A stretch of 63,919 bases of DNA, filler included, from Collodictyon triciliatum (lineage: Eukaryota): NCBI GenBank assembly GCA_043381765.1. It is 8 parts of 8 records of this genome, joined end to end, with 100 filler letters (N's around TTAATTAATTAA, not from the genome) between each part and the next. Parts side by side here need not be neighbours in the genome. Positions count along the whole stretch, not along the records: positions 59,634 to 63,919 come from JBHJMP010003477.1; 7 more parts are not named here. The stretch is one strand, 5' to 3'. Made by a program: the position numbers and the translations under genes. The notes beneath the pieces are model-generated. The model worked only from the letters and a program-made list of their open reading frames with translations, had not been told where the DNA came from and made no database searches. The stretch's first letter is position 1. Each line of letters starts with the position of its first letter. Shown here piece by piece: positions 60,518-63,919 of the stretch.

Positions 60518-63291
60518 ATGCGAATGCAGCAAGCAGGCCGAAAGGCAGTCACAGGAAAGGGGATGAGCAGCCGCGCTGAAAATCAAGACATGAAGGACGT
60601 TCTTGGGGAGCCACTTGCAGAGGGCCTCTCGGACTTGCTGCAAGGAAAGAAGAACGAAGGAGCAGAAATACACGCCTTTCCTGATCTTGACTCTGCTGAG
60701 CCCACTCCGCCTTTGCCGTCCTATCTGCGGATGCGCCGTCGGTCTGTTGTCTGCAGCGAAACAGTAGACCCCAGTTTGTATGTGGATACCACTGGTACTG
60801 CAAAGGGTTTGTAGTACTTGACTAATTTGACTCTTTATGGGTTTATGCTATCCTGTATATATCTTATATATATTTATATTTTTTATTTCAGAAAAAAGAG
60901 GGCTTGATCTCGAGTCAGATCTGATCGGAACAAAGATTGCCAGCGGGCCCGTGACCCCAAAATCTTTTGAGGAGTCTGCTACTATACGCAGGGTCATTCG
61001 CAAAAATATCCTAATGTCACACTTGGACGATCTTCAGATACAGGCTTTAGTGGATGCAATGTTTCTTGTTTGTTGCGAGCCACAACAAGGGGTCATCAAA
61101 CAAGGTAGATGCGATTATTCGCTTTGTAATTAAACCATCACCTAATATTTCCAAGAAGATATAGTATTAGTATAGTGCTCATTGTACATAATTAAGAAAA
61201 TATTACTTGAAATCTCTGTAATTTTCTTTTAATAATCGGAATGCCTGGCTGGTATTCTCTGGTTGATACTTTTGTTTTGTTTTGTTTTGTTTTGTGACGT
61301 TTCTATTCGCTCCACTCTTTGATAAAGGTGAGGATGGAGACAACTTCTACATCATTTCACAGGGTCTATTCCACATTTTCGTCCAAAGAGAAGATGATCC
61401 GTATCCTGGAAAACTTGTATTCGTTGGGAATCCTGGAGACAGCTTTGGTGAACTTGCCTTGATGTACAACTGCCCTAGGGCTGCGACTGTCATTGTATAT
61501 TTTACATCATCGATTTCATTTGTTTTCAATAGTATCCAGCCTATATCATGTGTATATATTATATCCATGCATCGATTTGTAAAGAAAAATAACGTAGACT
61601 ATCAATTTAGTCTCAATGCGAATCAAAACTTTGGGCCATCGACCGCATTACCTTTAGAAATATAGTTGTACATTCAACTGCCAAGAAAATGAGAACATAT
61701 GTTAGTTTCCTTGAGAAAGTTCCGATTATGGGTCTGTTCTGTTTTCAGAATTTTTGTTCTCCCACACAACAAACCTCAAAGCCTTTTCATCTCGATCACC
61801 TCGTATATTTCTGGCTTTCCCTAAGTCTTTTATTTCGCGTATTAGCACCTTTGAATAAGTATGAAAAAATCAAAGTTGCCGACGCCCTTGAATCCATTTC
61901 ATTCGAAGATAAAACAAAAATCATCACCCAGGGAGACCCTGGCGACGCTTTCTACATTCTAGAAGAGGTAACTTTAAATATGAATCCTTTTGATTGTATG
62001 GATTCTTGCTAAAATGAGTGATATATATATATAAAACTAAACGAAAGCAACCAATCCATACGGAATGACAGGGAGAGGCCACTGTCTATCGTGACGGAGG
62101 AGAGCAAAGCGACCCTGTCGAATTAAAGCGTTTAAGCGTGGGGGACTACTTTGGAGAAATGTCCTTGCTTACAGATAAACCTCGTGCAGCTAATGTGGAG
62201 AGTATCGGGTATTGCCGAGTGCTTCGGTTGGACCGTGAAGCTTTCCTGCGCCTGCTGGGTCCGTGCGAAGATATTATGAAGACAAACATTACGTATTATC
62301 GACGCATCTACGAAACATTTCTGGAGGAGGTCGAGCTCCTTGGTGAGTCAATACATGTCACAAAGAACAAAAACAAAAAACGTAGCAATAAAATAGGGAT
62401 GCGCAAAAATACAAACAATGAACGAATATGTAAACAGAAAAGAAGTTAAAAAAAAAAAACAAACAAACATAAAGGAGAAATGATTGGGAGTTTACATCAA
62501 ACATAAATATTCATTCACTCCTACTTTTTTTTTTTTTTTGGTTTATTCAGTGTGGTTAAAGTTATGCCATTAAGGATTACCCTTTTTATGCTTATGGGGC
62601 CTTTTTTTTTTTTTATTGTATCTGACCAATACATTATTTGATGCTGATACACAATAAATCAAATGAAGCATCTATCACACGTGAAGAACGAGCTGCCGTT
62701 GCTGATGCACTAGAAACACATATGTACTCTGATGGAGAAGCGGTCGTTACGGAAGGTGATGTTGGAGACCGTTTCTACATCGTTGTTGAGGTAACCATCG
62801 AAAATCACTTTCGCAATTATTATAAATGAGCGAGTTAAATGCATCTACCAATGATGCGTGGATATAGAGGAGATAAATTAAAGAGGCAACATTTTATCTT
62901 TTTTTTTTTTAAACAAAGATATCACTACCAATTTTCTCCCTTTTTTTTTCTTATATGTTTTCTTTCCTATATATTTTTTTTCAATCATGCATTTGGGACA
63001 CAGGGAAATGCATCGGCCATTAAATCATCCGCAGAAGGCAGCGTCGTCGTGAAGGACTACGTCAAAGGCGACTACTTTGGGGAGGTCGCGCTGCTGACCA
63101 ACCAGCCGAGGAAGGCGACTGTCCGAGCCAAAGGTCCTCTCAAGTGCGCCACGCTCTCCACAGACGACTTCAACAAGTTGCTCGGTCCGTGCGGGCCCGT
63201 CGAGAAGGTTCTGAAGCGCAACATGCAACATTACCAGTCTGTCATCCGCGACCAGACGCTCGACTCGTATTTGGGACAGTCCTCTGCCTAG
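60518..63291 (+). CDS. PKAR: cAMP-dependent protein kinase regulatory subunit with three cNMP-binding domains, 8 exons
   Basis: Inhibitor site RRRSVVCSE; phosphate-binding cassettes [51 protein letters not shown] ends at 63291. Confidence 0.9.
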
Positions 63292-63841
63292 GACACACCC
63301 CGATTATAGCGAAAAGTTTATCTTCATCTCAGCTTTAAGCAATCTTTAGTCTATTTCTATCTGCACCAAAAGGCATTCTTATGTGCCTCATGCGCTAAAT
63401 AGGAAGAAAGAAAAAAAAAAAGAAAAGGAAGTAGAAACTAAATGCCGATATTTGCTCATCTGACTTCCATATTCGAAAAAGAAGAAAAAGGGCGACTTCA
63501 CCCATCCTTCTAGGAGATAATTTCTCTTAAACTCCGGCACTCACCATTTATCATTAATGAATCATGACTGAAATATACCACGACCTTCTGAAGATTTTAA
63601 TGCACTCTATCCTCTAAAGTCTATAACTCCCTCCTTGCTGAAAACACTCTCGCTTATATAAACGCAACGACCACCCATTCGACAGTTATGCGCTCGTGTG
63701 TGTACAGTTAAGTATGTGGCATTTCAGTCTTTGCGTAGGAGATGTAAAATGAATAAAACCGTCGACAGACAGAAGAGCGGTACGCTGAATGCTAAATGAA
63801 ACGAGGACGCTTTCGAATTTATTTATTTTTTGAAAAAGCAA

Positions 63842-63919
<78 letters not shown>

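Overview
Eukaryotic (protist-like), AT-rich, intron-dense DNA. It is not one locus: eight unrelated contigs (~8.4 kb each; the last is cut by the window end) are joined by artificial N-TTAATTAATTAA-N linkers, so adjacency only means something within a segment. Host genes recovered by manual splicing: LARP1, a partial four-domain voltage-gated Ca2+-type channel, PAC2/PSMG2, a Cys-rich multi-TM surface protein, a P450 N-terminus divergent from an ALDH3, a Myb factor, Rab1, a CRT-like transporter, an O-fucosyltransferase-like gene and a PKA regulatory subunit with three cNMP-binding domains. The most striking segment is 17054-25478. It holds an NLR-like candidate receptor (one 126-nt exon per TPR, pentapeptide repeats, 7 near-identical WD40 repeats with variable top-face residues, Sel1). 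Next to it is an intronless, virus-like island: a Type-ISP-like SF2 helicase / HA-repeat / RRP8-like methyltransferase fusion with a 1-nt frameshift, a convergent Nudix ORF, a perfect hairpin and a 44-bp tandem array. A cluster of 30-41 bp A-tailed insertions with 16-17 bp target-site duplications lies at 48.8-50.7 kb. All family calls come from motif recognition by eye; no searches were run.
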